Made by a program: the position numbers and the translations under genes
DNA from: an uncultured Gemmatimonadales bacterium
Lineage (GTDB): Bacteria; Gemmatimonadota; Gemmatimonadetes; Longimicrobiales; RSA9
DNA: 64,000 nucleotides
Direction: 5' to 3'
NCBI GenBank assembly: GCA_963798085.1
Contig: CAWCRS010000005.1
Location: 416,001-480,000, forward strand
The notes under the pieces: model-generated
Told to the model about the DNA's origin: nothing
The model's database searches: none
Seen by the model: only the letters and a program-made list of their open reading frames with translations
In this document: piece after piece, positions 14,412 to 32,886 of the stretch
Numbering within the stretch: the stretch's first letter is position 1
Layout: each line of letters starts with the position of its first letter

Positions 14412-14537
14412 GTTTCTGGGGCTCGGGCTGGGGCTGGGGAACGGAAGCACCGTTCCTGCACCCTTGCCGCACCTCCAGACCCCTCATTTCCTCAATTCAG
14501 TTCCCCAGCAACCAGCCCGGGCCCCAGCCCCAGAAAC
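14412..14537. repeat. Inverted pair of a ~30 bp REP-like intergenic element between rpsG and fusA
   Basis: GTTTCTGGGGCTCGGGCTGGGGCTGGGGAAC at 14412 faces CAGTTCCCCAGCAACCAGCCCGGGCCCCAGCCCCAGAAAC at 14498; same unit at 10941 and 27789. Confidence 0.75.
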
Positions 14538-14565
14538 GCTTTTTCAGGCCACCGAGCCCACGCAC

Positions 14566-15036
14566 CTACCAACGGTAATGGGCAAACGCCTTGTTTGCCT
14601 CCGCCATGCGGTGCGTGTCTTCCTTCTTCTTGATGGTATTGCCTTCGTTCTTGCTGGCCGCCACCAGCTCGTTCGCCAGGCGGTCCGCCATGGTTTTGTC
14701 GCCGCGCTCACGCGAGTAGCTGACCAGCCATTTCATGGCCAGTGAGTTGCGCCGTTCCTGGCGCACTTCCACCGGCACCTGGTAGGTCGCGCCGCCTACG
14801 CGCCGGCTCTTCACTTCCAGCACCGGCTTGGCGTTGTTGAGCGCCTGCTTGAACACGTTCATCGCGGGCTGGCCGGTCTTCTCCTCGATGATGCGCATCG
14901 CCTCGTAGAAGATGCCCTCGGCCGTCGATTTCTTGCCGTCCAGCATGAGCGTGTTGATGAACTTGGTCACGGTCGTCGATCCGTAGCGCGGATCGGCCGG
15001 TGTCTCGCGCTTGATGGCGCTCTGGCGTCGGCTCAT
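14566..15036 (-). CDS. rpsG: 30S ribosomal protein S7
   Basis: [41 protein letters not shown]. Confidence 0.98.
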   Translation of the reverse strand: MSRRQSAIKRETPADPRYGSTTVTKFINTLMLDGKKSTAEGIFYEAMRIIEEKTGQPAMNVFKQALNNAKPVLEVKSRRVGGATYQVPVEVRQERRNSLAMKWLVSYSRERGDKTMADRLANELVAASKNEGNTIKKKEDTHRMAEANKAFAHYRW

Positions 15037-15041
15037 GGTGT

Positions 15042-15413
<372 letters not shown>

Positions 15414-15560
15414 TCGCCTTCCTGATTGCCTCGTGGGTGATGCCGGTCGAAAAAAGGCGGGGACGCACCCACCGGGGGTCCCCGCGCGGCCGGAAGAGGT
15501 TGGCTCTTGCCGGGCGCATTGCCGGTAAGCCGAACATTCCATTTGGCCAACAGACTTGGA

Positions 15561-15589
15561 AACTTAGAGGCGGTCGCCGGATCCGTCAA
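15561..15589 (-). promoter_or_regulatory. Sigma70-type promoter of the str operon
   Basis: Minus strand TTGACG-17 bp-TAAGTT, about 150 bp upstream of rpsL. Confidence 0.7.
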
Positions 15590-15646
15590 CCCACCGAACT
15601 GGAATGACTTCCTGTTCGGCGAGCAGGTTGTTGGCGAGGGTGGCGG

Positions 15647-15712
15647 AAACAGAAGCGGCCGGGTCGGGTGGGCGGCTTGCGCGCCCCACCCGAACCGGCC
15701 GCTCCGGAGCGG
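15647..15712 (-). terminator. Intrinsic terminator after rpoC
   Basis: GC-rich stem GCGGCCGG.TCGGGTGGG / CCCACCCGA.CCGGCCGC followed on the minus strand by TTCTGTTT. Confidence 0.65.
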
Positions 15713-15713
15713 C

Positions 15714-20043
<4,330 letters not shown>

Positions 20044-20139
20044 CTTTTTTCAACCCTTCCGGCTATTGCCGTTGCAGCACTAACGCTGCGTTTGCGGGCC
20101 CAGTACGAAACAGAGACGTTTCCGGGGCATTGCCAGACC

Positions 20140-24377
<4,238 letters not shown>

Positions 24378-24604
24378 GAGGATCACCCTCCTCGAGCCCG
24401 GACCTGTCCGGGCATAAGCACAGAAACCCCCGGCCGCCCGCTTGGCGGCGGGGTCGCTATGAGATCTCGAATGTTGTGTGCGGCTCGCTCGGAGCATGGG
24501 CACTCTCGCCGAACTGAAGTACGTCTCCGCTAACTTCCGCGGCCGGCGGGTTCCGGGTACTGACCCGGCGACCCTCGAGTTCCGGCCGCGGACCCGGCGG
24601 GGAC

Positions 24605-24985
24605 CTACTTCAGCTCGACGGTCGCACCCTGCTCTTCCAGTTTGGCCTTGACCTGCTCGGCCTCCTGCTTGCTCACGCCTTCCTTCACCGCCTTGGGCGG
24701 ATTGTCCACCAGGTCCTTGGCCTCCTTGAGGCCCAGGCTGGTAACTTCGCGGACCACCTTGATGACCTGGATCTTCTTGGCGCCCGCTTCCTTGAGGACG
24801 ACGTCGAACTCCGTCTGTTCCTCGACCGCAGCGGCCGCTGCACCACCGCCAGCCGGCGCGCCTGCTGCGGGCGCCGCCACCACGGCGGTAACATTGAATT
24901 TTGTCTTGAACGCTTCTACGAACTCCGCCAGCTCCAGGACGGTCATGTTGCCAATGGTCTCGAGCAGTTCTTCGGTCTTCGCCAT
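24605..24985 (-). CDS. rplL: 50S ribosomal protein L7/L12
   Basis: [10 protein letters not shown] and [23 protein letters not shown]. Confidence 0.98.
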   Translation of the reverse strand: MAKTEELLETIGNMTVLELAEFVEAFKTKFNVTAVVAAPAAGAPAGGGAAAAAVEEQTEFDVVLKEAGAKKIQVIKVVREVTSLGLKEAKDLVDNPPKAVKEGVSKQEAEQVKAKLEEQGATVELK

Positions 24986-25036
24986 GGTCGCTTCTTCCCT
25001 GTGCTCCGCAGTGAGTGATTACCGTCCCCGACGTGT

Positions 25037-25555
25037 TCAGGCCCTCGCCTCGCGCAGGGCCTCCAGCAGTCCGGCCATCTCAATGAGCTTGGCCTGGAGC
25101 GCGTAGGCCAGCTGGGCCATGGGGGCCTGCATGGCACCCGCCAGCTGGGCGAGCAGCTGATCGCGCGACGGCAGTCGCGCCAGCCGTTCGACATCGGCCG
25201 CGCCAATCGCGCGGCGATCGACGATACCGGCCTTCACCACAGGCCGGTTGTCGTGATCTCTGGCGAAATCGGATAGCGCACGCGCGGGCGCCACCGGATC
25301 CGTGGGCGCGATCACCAGTCCGGTCGGGCCGCGGAAGAACTCCGCGACGTCGGGCATCTCCAGACCGTCGAGGGCGCGCTCGGCCAGCGTATTCTTGACG
25401 ACGAGGTACTCTCCACCTTCGCGCCGCACCGTGGCGCGCAGCGCTGTCATCGCCTTGACGTTCAGTCCCACGAAATCCGTGAGGTACACCGCGTTGGCGT
25501 GACGCAGCTTCTCGGTCAACTCGGCGACCAGCGCCTGCTTCTGCTCCGTGTTCAT
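25037..25555 (-). CDS. rplJ: 50S ribosomal protein L10
   Basis: [24 protein letters not shown]; gene order rplA-rplJ-rplL. Confidence 0.96.
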   Translation of the reverse strand: MNTEQKQALVAELTEKLRHANAVYLTDFVGLNVKAMTALRATVRREGGEYLVVKNTLAERALDGLEMPDVAEFFRGPTGLVIAPTDPVAPARALSDFARDHDNRPVVKAGIVDRRAIGAADVERLARLPSRDQLLAQLAGAMQAPMAQLAYALQAKLIEMAGLLEALREARA

Positions 25556-26259
25556 CGGGCACCCGCGCGCCGGTAGAGGTTGGGATCGATCCGGAAACCG
25601 GGGCCCATCGTGCTCGATACCGTGACGGTCCGGATGTAGGTGCCCTTGGACGACGACGGCTTGGCGCGCACCACCGTCTCCATGAAAGCCTCCATGTTCG
25701 CCGTCAGCTTGTCGACCGGGAACGAAACGCGCCCGATGGCCGCGTGCAAGTTGCCGGTCTTGTCCACGCGGAACTCGATCTTGCCGCCCTTGATCTCGCG
25801 CACGGCCTTGCCCACCTCGAAGGTGACGGTGCCGGCCTTGGGCGAGGGCATGAGACCGCGCGGACCGAGAATGCGGCCCAGCTGACCGACCTGCCCCATC
25901 ACATCGGGCGTGGCCACGGCGACATCGAAGTCAGTCCAGCCGTCCTTGATCTTCTGCACGTGCTCCATGCCAATGAAATCGGCGCCCGCTTCTTCGGCTT
26001 CCTTGACCTTGTCGCCCTGCGCCAGCACCAGCACGCGTGTGACCTTGCCCGTGCCGTGCGGCAACACGACGGTGCCGCGCACCACCTGGTCGGCGTGCTT
26101 GGGATCGACGCCCAGGCGGACGGAGATCTCGACCGATTCGTCGAACCTGGCGAAGGACGCATCCTTCACCAGCTGCAAGGCCGACGTCGGGTTCTCCAGC
26201 GCGACTTCACGGTTCACGCCGTTGGCCGCCTTCATGTAGTTCTTGCCGTGTCTCGACAT
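25552..26259 (-). CDS. rplA: 50S ribosomal protein L1
   Basis: [15 protein letters not shown] and [19 protein letters not shown]. Confidence 0.98.
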   Translation of the reverse strand: MSRHGKNYMKAANGVNREVALENPTSALQLVKDASFARFDESVEISVRLGVDPKHADQVVRGTVVLPHGTGKVTRVLVLAQGDKVKEAEEAGADFIGMEHVQKIKDGWTDFDVAVATPDVMGQVGQLGRILGPRGLMPSPKAGTVTFEVGKAVREIKGGKIEFRVDKTGNLHAAIGRVSFPVDKLTANMEAFMETVVRAKPSSSKGTYIRTVTVSSTMGPGFRIDPNLYRRAGAR

Positions 26260-26684
26260 TAGTCCACCACCAGAATGCCCATGGACCGGGCCGTGCCGGC
26301 GATCATGCGCATGGCTGCATCGACACTGGCCGCATTGAGGTCAGGCATCTTGAGCTCGGCAATGTCGCGGACCTGCTTCTTCGTCACCTTCGCCACCTTG
26401 TCGCGGTTGGGCGCGGCTGCGCCCTTGTCCACGCCTGCAGCCCGCTTCAGGAGAATCGCGGCCGGCGGGGTCTTGGTGATGAACGTGAACGAGCGATCCG
26501 CGAACACCGTGATCTCCACCGGGATGATCAGCCCGGGCTGACCCTGGGTGCGCGCATTGAACTGCTTGCAGAACTCCATGATGTTGACACCGTGCTGGCC
26601 CAATGCCGGGCCCACGGGCGGGGCGGGGTTGGCCGCACCCGCCGGCACCTGGAGTTTCACGAAGCCTGTAACCTTTTTCGCCAT
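26259..26684 (-). CDS. rplK: 50S ribosomal protein L11
   Basis: [31 protein letters not shown]. Confidence 0.99.
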   Translation of the reverse strand: MAKKVTGFVKLQVPAGAANPAPPVGPALGQHGVNIMEFCKQFNARTQGQPGLIIPVEITVFADRSFTFITKTPPAAILLKRAAGVDKGAAAPNRDKVAKVTKKQVRDIAELKMPDLNAASVDAAMRMIAGTARSMGILVVD

Positions 26685-26786
26685 CGACGAAAGCCCTCTG
26701 CCGACCTGGTTGCAACGCTCTGTTAGTCCGACTCAGCCTGGCGGTGCTGCGCGGTCGCGCCGGCACTGCGTGCCCGTCGCGCCGCT

Positions 26787-27338
26787 TCAGTATCCCTTCA
26801 GCTGCGTGTAGTCGAGCTCGACGGATGTGGGCCGGCCGAACAGGCTCACCTCCACCTTGACCTTGCCCTTGTCGTGATAGATCTCCTGCACGGTGCCGGT
26901 GAAGTCGGTGAACGGCCCTTCGGTCACTTCCACGACCTGGCCGGCGCGGAACGGGATCTGCTCGCGTGCCTCGACCTGTTCCTCGACCGGCACGAGGCCG
27001 AGGATCTTGTTCACTTCGTCATCGCGCAGAGGCTGCGGCTCGCTGCCGGGCCCCACGAACTTGATGACGCCCTGGATGTTGTTGATCAGGTGAACGGTGT
27101 GCTGGTTCTTGCGCATCTTGACCAGCACGTAGCCGGGATAGAGCCGGCGCGTGACGGTAACGCGCTTGCCGTTCTTGATCTCGACCACATCCTGGGTCGG
27201 AACCAGTGCTTCCTGAATTTCCTTTTCCTCGGGCGCTCCGGGCTCTTCCGCGATGCGGTGGTCAATCAGGCGCTTCACTTTGTTCTCGTGACCCGAGTAT
27301 GTCTGGATCGCGTACCAGCGTGTTTCGTCCATGTTCAC
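26787..27338 (-). CDS. nusG: Transcription termination/antitermination factor NusG
   Basis: WYAIQTYSGHENKVK, YPGYVLV, KOW motif GPFTDFTG..VSLFGRPTSVEL. Confidence 0.97.
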   Translation of the reverse strand: MNMDETRWYAIQTYSGHENKVKRLIDHRIAEEPGAPEEKEIQEALVPTQDVVEIKNGKRVTVTRRLYPGYVLVKMRKNQHTVHLINNIQGVIKFVGPGSEPQPLRDDEVNKILGLVPVEEQVEAREQIPFRAGQVVEVTEGPFTDFTGTVQEIYHDKGKVKVEVSLFGRPTSVELDYTQLKGY

Positions 27339-27541
27339 GCCGAAAACAGATTCATGACAAAGCTCAGGACGTTACGGATGATCAGGTCCATCGCGAAGAT
27401 GATCAGCGATACGATGATCACGAACGCGATCACCACGAGCGTCGAGTTCTTGAGCTGCGGCCAGTCTGGCCATGTGACCTTGCGGATCTCCTCCACGACC
27501 TGCTGCGTGAAGTCCCGCGTCCGAACCACGATCAATGCCAT
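27335..27541 (-). CDS. secE: Preprotein translocase SecE
   Basis: EIRKVTWP followed by one transmembrane helix; directly upstream of nusG. Confidence 0.95.
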   Translation of the reverse strand: MALIVVRTRDFTQQVVEEIRKVTWPDWPQLKNSTLVVIAFVIIVSLIIFAMDLIIRNVLSFVMNLFSA

Positions 27542-27559
27542 TCGCCCGCCCGTCCCGCG

Positions 27560-27712
27560 TCAGCGGGTTTCCTTGTGTGGCGTGTGCTTGTTGCAGCGCG
27601 GGCAGTGCTTCTTCCACTCCACCCGCTCCGGGTGCTTACGCTTGTTTTTCTCGGTGAAATAGTTGCGTTCCTGGCAGACGGTGCAGGCCAGGATAATCTT
27701 GTCTCGAGGCAT
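27560..27712 (-). CDS. rpmG: 50S ribosomal protein L33 (zinc-binding type; missing from the ORF track)
   Basis: Manual translation [50 protein letters not shown]. Confidence 0.96.
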   Translation of the reverse strand: MPRDKIILACTVCQERNYFTEKNKRKHPERVEWKKHCPRCNKHTPHKETR

Positions 27713-27779
27713 GGTCTCCGGGCTCCGATGTAGCCTTTATTTTACTCGCATTGCTGCGCTGCGTTCCGGCCGAACGGCG

Positions 27780-29063
27780 ACCGCGTTACTGGGGCTCGGG
27801 CTGGTTGCTGGGGAACTGCTGAACTGCCACCGCAAAACCAGCTCCTGCGCCCTTGCCCGTTGCCGCTTACAGCACCACCTCGGTCACGACGCCGGCGCCT
27901 ACCGTGCGGCCGCCCTCGCGGATCGCAAAGCGCAGCTCCTTCTCCATCGCGATCGGCATGATCAGCTCGATCTCCATCTGCACGTTGTCGCCCGGCATCA
28001 CCATCTCCACTCCCGCCGGCAGCTGCACCGCCCCCGTCACGTCCGTCGTCCGAAAATAGAACTGCGGCCGGTACCCATTGAAAAACGGCGTGTGCCGGCC
28101 CCCTTCTTCCTTCGTCAGCACGTACACTTCCGCCTTGAACTTCGTGTGCGGCGTGATCGATCCCGGCTTCGCCAGCACCATCCCCCGCTCGATCTCTTCC
28201 TTCCCCACCCCGCGCAGCAGCAGCCCCACATTGTCCCCCGCAAACCCCTCGTCCAGCAGCTTGCGGAACATCTCCACCCCCGTCACTACCGCCTTCTTCG
28301 CCGCCCCAAGCCCCACCATCTCCACCTCATCCCCCACCTTCACCTTCCCCCGCTCGATCCGACCCGTCGCCACCGTCCCACGACCCGTGATGCTGAACAC
28401 ATCCTCCACCGGCATCAGGAACGGCTTGTCCGTCTCCCGCACCGGCTCCGGGATATAGCTGTCAATCGCATCCATCAATTCCCCGATCTTCTTCCCCCAC
28501 TCGCTCTCCGGGTCCCCGCTCTCCAGCGCCTTCAGCGCGCTCCCCCGGATCACCGGCGTGTCGTCCCCCGGAAAATCGTACTCCGACAACAGCTCCCGTA
28601 CTTCCAGCTCCACCAGGTCGATCAGCTCCGGGTCGTCCACCGCATCGCACTTGTTCAGGTATACCACCACGTACGGCACATTCACCTGCCGCGCCAGCAG
28701 TATGTGCTCCCGCGTCTGCGGCATCGGCCCATCCGCCGCACTCACCACCAGTATCGCCCCGTCCATCTGCGCCGCACCCGTGATCATGTTCTTCACATAA
28801 TCCGCGTGCCCCGGACAGTCCACGTGCGCGTAGTGCCGGTGCACCGTCTGATACTCCACGTGCGCCGTCGCGATCGTGATCCCCCGCTCCCGCTCCTCCG
28901 GCGCCTTGTCAATGTTGTCGAACGACACAAAGTCCGCCAACCCCTTCTTCGACTGGATCAGCGTGATCGCCGCCGTCAACGTCGTCTTCCCGTGGTCCAC
29001 ATGCCCGATCGTCCCCACGTTCACGTGCGGCTTCGTCCGCTCAAACTTCGCCTTCGCCATGTC
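27780..29063. repeat. Direct repeat, copy 2 (tuf plus 3' flank)
   Basis: Matches 10932-12215. Confidence 0.95.
27867..29060 (-). CDS. tuf: Elongation factor Tu (secE/nusG-linked copy)
   Basis: Translation identical to 11019-12212. Confidence 0.99.
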   Translation of the reverse strand: MAKAKFERTKPHVNVGTIGHVDHGKTTLTAAITLIQSKKGLADFVSFDNIDKAPEERERGITIATAHVEYQTVHRHYAHVDCPGHADYVKNMITGAAQMDGAILVVSAADGPMPQTREHILLARQVNVPYVVVYLNKCDAVDDPELIDLVELEVRELLSEYDFPGDDTPVIRGSALKALESGDPESEWGKKIGELMDAIDSYIPEPVRETDKPFLMPVEDVFSITGRGTVATGRIERGKVKVGDEVEMVGLGAAKKAVVTGVEMFRKLLDEGFAGDNVGLLLRGVGKEEIERGMVLAKPGSITPHTKFKAEVYVLTKEEGGRHTPFFNGYRPQFYFRTTDVTGAVQLPAGVEMVMPGDNVQMEIELIMPIAMEKELRFAIREGGRTVGAGVVTEVVL

Positions 29064-29351
29064 GCTCTCGGTTCGAGTTGGGAGGGTTTGCTGTACGTTG
29101 CGAGCTGGGCCGGTGCCCGGTTGCGTGTGCCGGGCGGAGCGTGGGTCCCGGGTCCTCGAGAAGAGGTCGCCGGGACGCATTCGGAGGGGGCATGAAAGAG
29201 AGCGGCGATCGCGCGCGTGTCCGCGCGCCCGCATCGCCGTTCCACGTCAGCCCGCCAGGCTCCGACCGGTCTGGTGGTTTGGCGCACGGCAGGCTGCCGC
29301 AAGGTGCTCCCACCAGACAGTCCCGGAGTACCGGTTCCGGGACAGACGAGC

Positions 29352-29380
29352 AAGATACCGGCAGGCCTCTTCAGTGTCAA
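29352..29380 (-). promoter_or_regulatory. Sigma70-type promoter of the tuf-rpmG-secE-nusG operon
   Basis: Minus strand TTGACA-17 bp-TATCTT, about 290 bp upstream of the tuf ATG. Confidence 0.8.
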
Positions 29381-29561
29381 TCCTTCACGTCGACTCACCG
29401 CGGAGAGCGCTGGAGGGCGCGAAGCGGCCGGCTACAGGACTGGAGTTTCCGCGAATGCCTCGGGTGAATGAGGGGGTGATGGAGGTGAGGATCGGGTCTG
29501 CGCGTGCGCGCGCGCGATAACCTGCGGTGGCTGAGCAAGGCGTGGAGAAGCGGGCCGGGGG

Positions 29562-29570
29562 TGCTATTAT
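29562..29570 (+). promoter_or_regulatory. Candidate extended -10 promoter for the hhyS-paralogue/two-component operon
   Basis: TG-C-TATTAT about 35 bp before the ATG at 29604, in GC-rich context. Confidence 0.45.
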
Positions 29571-29603
29571 GGGCGCTGGCTCACCACATCGAGAGGCGGT
29601 GGC

Positions 29604-30644
29604 ATGCTCATGGGGTCCGCGCCGGGAGAAGCGGGTGGCGAAGGCGCCGCACCGATCGAGGCGATCTCGATTCTCTGGCTGACTGCGGGCCTGAGCTGCG
29701 ACGGGGACACGATCGCGCTGACCGGGGCCACGCAGCCGAGTATCGAGGACCTGATCTCGGGTGCGATACCCTGGACGCCGCGGGTCACGCTCTACAATCC
29801 CCTGCTGGCTCCCGAGACAGGCGACGACTTCCTGCAGTACTTCCATCGGGGCGCGGCCGGTTCGCTGGGGCCGTTCATCCTCGTAGTGGAAGGCTCGATC
29901 CCGGACGAGACGCTGAGCGGCGAGGGGTACTGGGCATCGTTCGGTACGGACCCGGAAACCAAACAGCCCATTACCACGTGCAGATGGATCGACAGGCTGG
30001 CGCCCAGGGCGTGGGCCGTCGTCGCCGCGGGAACGTGCGCGGCCTATGGCGGCATCCACGCCATGGCCGGCAACCCGACCGGTTGCATGGGGCTGCCCGA
30101 GTACCTGGGCTGGCAGTGGCGGTCCCATGCCAACGTACCGCTGGTCTGCATTCCGGGCTGCCCTGTGCAGCCGGACAACATGACCGAGACGCTGCTGTAC
30201 CTGCTCTATCAGGCCGCCGGTCGTGCGCCCGCGATCCCGCTCGACAATGCACTGCGGCCGCGCTGGCTGTTCCAGCAGACCGTGCACGAGGGCTGCGATC
30301 GCGGCGGTTACTATGAGCAGGGTGAGTTCGCGGACGCGTACGGCTCGCCACTCTGCATCGTGAAGCTGGGCTGCTGGGGTCCGGTCGTGCAGTGCAACGT
30401 GGGCAAGCGTGGCTGGATGGGCGGCGTAGGCGGCTGTCCGAATGTGGGCGGGATCTGCATTGGCTGCACCATGCCCGGGTTTCCGGACAAGTTCATGCCG
30501 TTCATGGATCAGCCGCCCGGCTCATTGCTCTCGTCCGCGGCGGTCTCGACATACGGACGCGCCGTGCATGCGCTCCGACGTTTCACGCAGGCGTCGCTCA
30601 ACAAGACACCGGTGCGGCACAAGCCCGGGCGTCCGTCTACCTGA
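29604..30644 (+). CDS. Second [NiFe]-hydrogenase small-subunit paralogue (group 1h type) with no adjacent large subunit
   Basis: Collinear with 33418-34479: CDGD, EGS, GTC, PGCP, HEGCDR, C..KLGCWGP, CN, CPNVGGICIGC; no Tat signal; lacks the C-terminal WRH..ELTTGY tail. Confidence 0.93.
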   Translation: MLMGSAPGEAGGEGAAPIEAISILWLTAGLSCDGDTIALTGATQPSIEDLISGAIPWTPRVTLYNPLLAPETGDDFLQYFHRGAAGSLGPFILVVEGSIPDETLSGEGYWASFGTDPETKQPITTCRWIDRLAPRAWAVVAAGTCAAYGGIHAMAGNPTGCMGLPEYLGWQWRSHANVPLVCIPGCPVQPDNMTETLLYLLYQAAGRAPAIPLDNALRPRWLFQQTVHEGCDRGGYYEQGEFADAYGSPLCIVKLGCWGPVVQCNVGKRGWMGGVGGCPNVGGICIGCTMPGFPDKFMPFMDQPPGSLLSSAAVSTYGRAVHALRRFTQASLNKTPVRHKPGRPST

Positions 30645-30649
30645 CTTCC

Positions 30650-32200
30650 ATGATGGCAGCGCACCAGCGCACGGAGAGCTTGCCACTCACGTCGCCGGAA
30701 GCGGAGACACTGCTTGCCGAGCTCGCGGGCGTATTCCTGCGCGAGCGCGGCCCGGGTGCCGCGGCCGTGGAGTCGGCGAACGGACAGTCGGAGGTTCCGC
30801 TCGTCGACCTCGATGCGCAGTACCGCACACTGGTCGAGCAGATTCCGGCCGTCGTGTTCATGGCCTATCTGGATCGTGGCATTGGTGAAGCGTACGTGAG
30901 TCCGCGCATCGAGGAGGCACTGGGCTTCTCGCAGGAGGAGTGGCTGGAGGATCCGGTGCGGTGGTACCGCCAGATCCATCCGGATGATCGCCAGCGCTGG
31001 AGTCTGGAAGCAGCCGAGATGTTTCTGACGGGCCGGCCGCTGCGCTCGGCCTATCGCGTGCTCTCGCGCGACGAGCGCGTGATCTGGTTCCAGTGCGAAG
31101 CCAAGATGGTGCGGCGGGAGGACGGCCGGCCGTGGTTCATCCACGGTGTGGGCGTCAATGTCACGGAGCTCAAGCATGGCGAGGCGGCGTTGCAGGCGGA
31201 GCGCAACCTCATGTCCGCCATTCTCGATACCGTGGGCGCACTGGTCATCGTGCTGGGACCGGGCGGTCGCATCATGCGGTTCAATCGCGCGTGCGAGGCG
31301 TTGAGCGGGTATCGGTCGGCCGAAGTGCAGGGCCGCTACCTGTGGGAGCTGTTTCAGAACGTGGAGGAAGCGGCACTCGTCCGCAGCGTGATCGAGAACC
31401 TGCGGCCCGGGGATGGTCGCAGCGTGTTCGAGGGTGCGTGGCAGACGCGTGACGCCGGGCAGTATCACATCGCGTGGTCCAGTATCGTGCTGCCGGCGAC
31501 GGCGACGGCGCCTTCGTGCATTGTCACCACGGGCATCAATGTAACCGAGCGGAAGCGCATGGAGAAGACCGTGCTCGAGATCAGCGCGCGCGAGCAGCGG
31601 CAGATCGCACAGGACCTGCACGACGGCCTGGGCCAGCACCTCACGGGCATTGCCTTCATGAGCAAGGTACTGCAGCAGGGGCTGGCGCGACGCTCGCCGG
31701 CGAGGGCGGCGGAAGCCACGAAGATCGTGCAGCTGGTCAACGAGGCGATCAACAAGACGCGCGAGCTGGCACGTGGCCTGCTTCCCGTGGTTTCCGATGC
31801 GGATGGCCTCATGTCCGCGCTGGCACGCTGGGCGCTGGAAGTGGAAGACCTGTTCGACGTCGCCTGCGCGTTCCACTGCCCCGAGCCGGTCCTGGTTGCG
31901 GATGTGAACGCGGCCACGCACCTGTACCTCATTGCGCACGAAGCCGTACACAACGCCATCAAGCACGGAAAGGCCCGCTGCGTCACGCTCTCGCTGACCA
32001 GCGCCGGCGGCACGGGCACGCTGCTGATCGAGGATGATGGCGTCGGATTCGGGGGCGCGTGTCTCGATAACACGGGATTAGGACTGCGCATCATGAACTA
32101 CCGTGCCAGCATGGTGGGCGGCGCGCTGGAAGTGCGGCCGGGCGAGGCAGGAGGCGTCACGGTGGCCTGCCGCTTTCCCGCGGACGGAGGCGTGCCGTGA
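30650..32200 (+). CDS. Soluble PAS-PAS sensor histidine kinase (HisKA_3, NarX/UhpB type)
   Basis: PAS_3 (IHPDDR), second PAS (FNRACEALSGY), H-box EQRQIAQDLHDGLGQHL, ATPase motifs EAVHNAIKHG, DDGVGF, GLGLRIM; no obvious transmembrane helix. Confidence 0.95.
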   Translation: MMAAHQRTESLPLTSPEAETLLAELAGVFLRERGPGAAAVESANGQSEVPLVDLDAQYRTLVEQIPAVVFMAYLDRGIGEAYVSPRIEEALGFSQEEWLEDPVRWYRQIHPDDRQRWSLEAAEMFLTGRPLRSAYRVLSRDERVIWFQCEAKMVRREDGRPWFIHGVGVNVTELKHGEAALQAERNLMSAILDTVGALVIVLGPGGRIMRFNRACEALSGYRSAEVQGRYLWELFQNVEEAALVRSVIENLRPGDGRSVFEGAWQTRDAGQYHIAWSSIVLPATATAPSCIVTTGINVTERKRMEKTVLEISAREQRQIAQDLHDGLGQHLTGIAFMSKVLQQGLARRSPARAAEATKIVQLVNEAINKTRELARGLLPVVSDADGLMSALARWALEVEDLFDVACAFHCPEPVLVADVNAATHLYLIAHEAVHNAIKHGKARCVTLSLTSAGGTGTLLIEDDGVGFGGACLDNTGLGLRIMNYRASMVGGALEVRPGEAGGVTVACRFPADGGVP

Positions 32201-32886
32201 CGGCGGATTCCGTGCGCGGCTACCAGGGGCGGGGCAAACACCGTGTTTTTGTCGTGGACGATCACCCCATCGTGCGGCAGGGGCTGGCGCTGCTCATCAA
32301 CCAGCAGCCGGACCTGATGGTGTGCGGCGAGGCGGAGGACGCGAACCAGGTGCTGCAGGCAATCGACGCGGCGCAGCCGGACGTTCTCGTGCTGGACATC
32401 ACGCTGCGCGGCCCGGACGGCATCGACGTTCTGAAGATGGTGCGCTCCGCCCAGCCGGAATTGCCGGTGCTGATCCTGTCCATGCACGACGAATCGCTCT
32501 ACGCGGAGCGGGCACTGCGGGCGGGCGCCAACGGCTACATCATGAAGCAGGAAGCAACGGAGAACGTGCTGGTGGCCCTGCGGCGCATTCTGCGGGGCGA
32601 AGTACACGTGAGCCCGCGCGTCGCCCACCGCATCGTGCAGCAGCTCGTGCCCGGCTCTCCGCGGGCCAGGCCGGCGTCGATCGCGAGCCTGAGCGATCGC
32701 GAGCTCGAGGTGTTCCGCCTGATCGGAGCCGGTTACGGCACGCGCCGCATCGCGCAGGAACTGCACCTCAGTGTGAAGACCGTGGAATCGTACCAGGCGC
32801 ACATCAAGGAGAAGCTCTCGCTGGACGGAGCGCGCGCCCTCATGCGCCGCGCCATCGAATGGACTCTGCAGGAAGAACGTGGCTGA
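32197..32886 (+). CDS. NarL/FixJ-family response regulator (REC plus LuxR HTH)
   Basis: VVDDHPIVRQG, VLVLDITL, LSDRELEVFRLIG..LSVKTVESY; GTGA overlap with the kinase stop. Confidence 0.96.
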   Translation: MTADSVRGYQGRGKHRVFVVDDHPIVRQGLALLINQQPDLMVCGEAEDANQVLQAIDAAQPDVLVLDITLRGPDGIDVLKMVRSAQPELPVLILSMHDESLYAERALRAGANGYIMKQEATENVLVALRRILRGEVHVSPRVAHRIVQQLVPGSPRARPASIASLSDRELEVFRLIGAGYGTRRIAQELHLSVKTVESYQAHIKEKLSLDGARALMRRAIEWTLQEERG

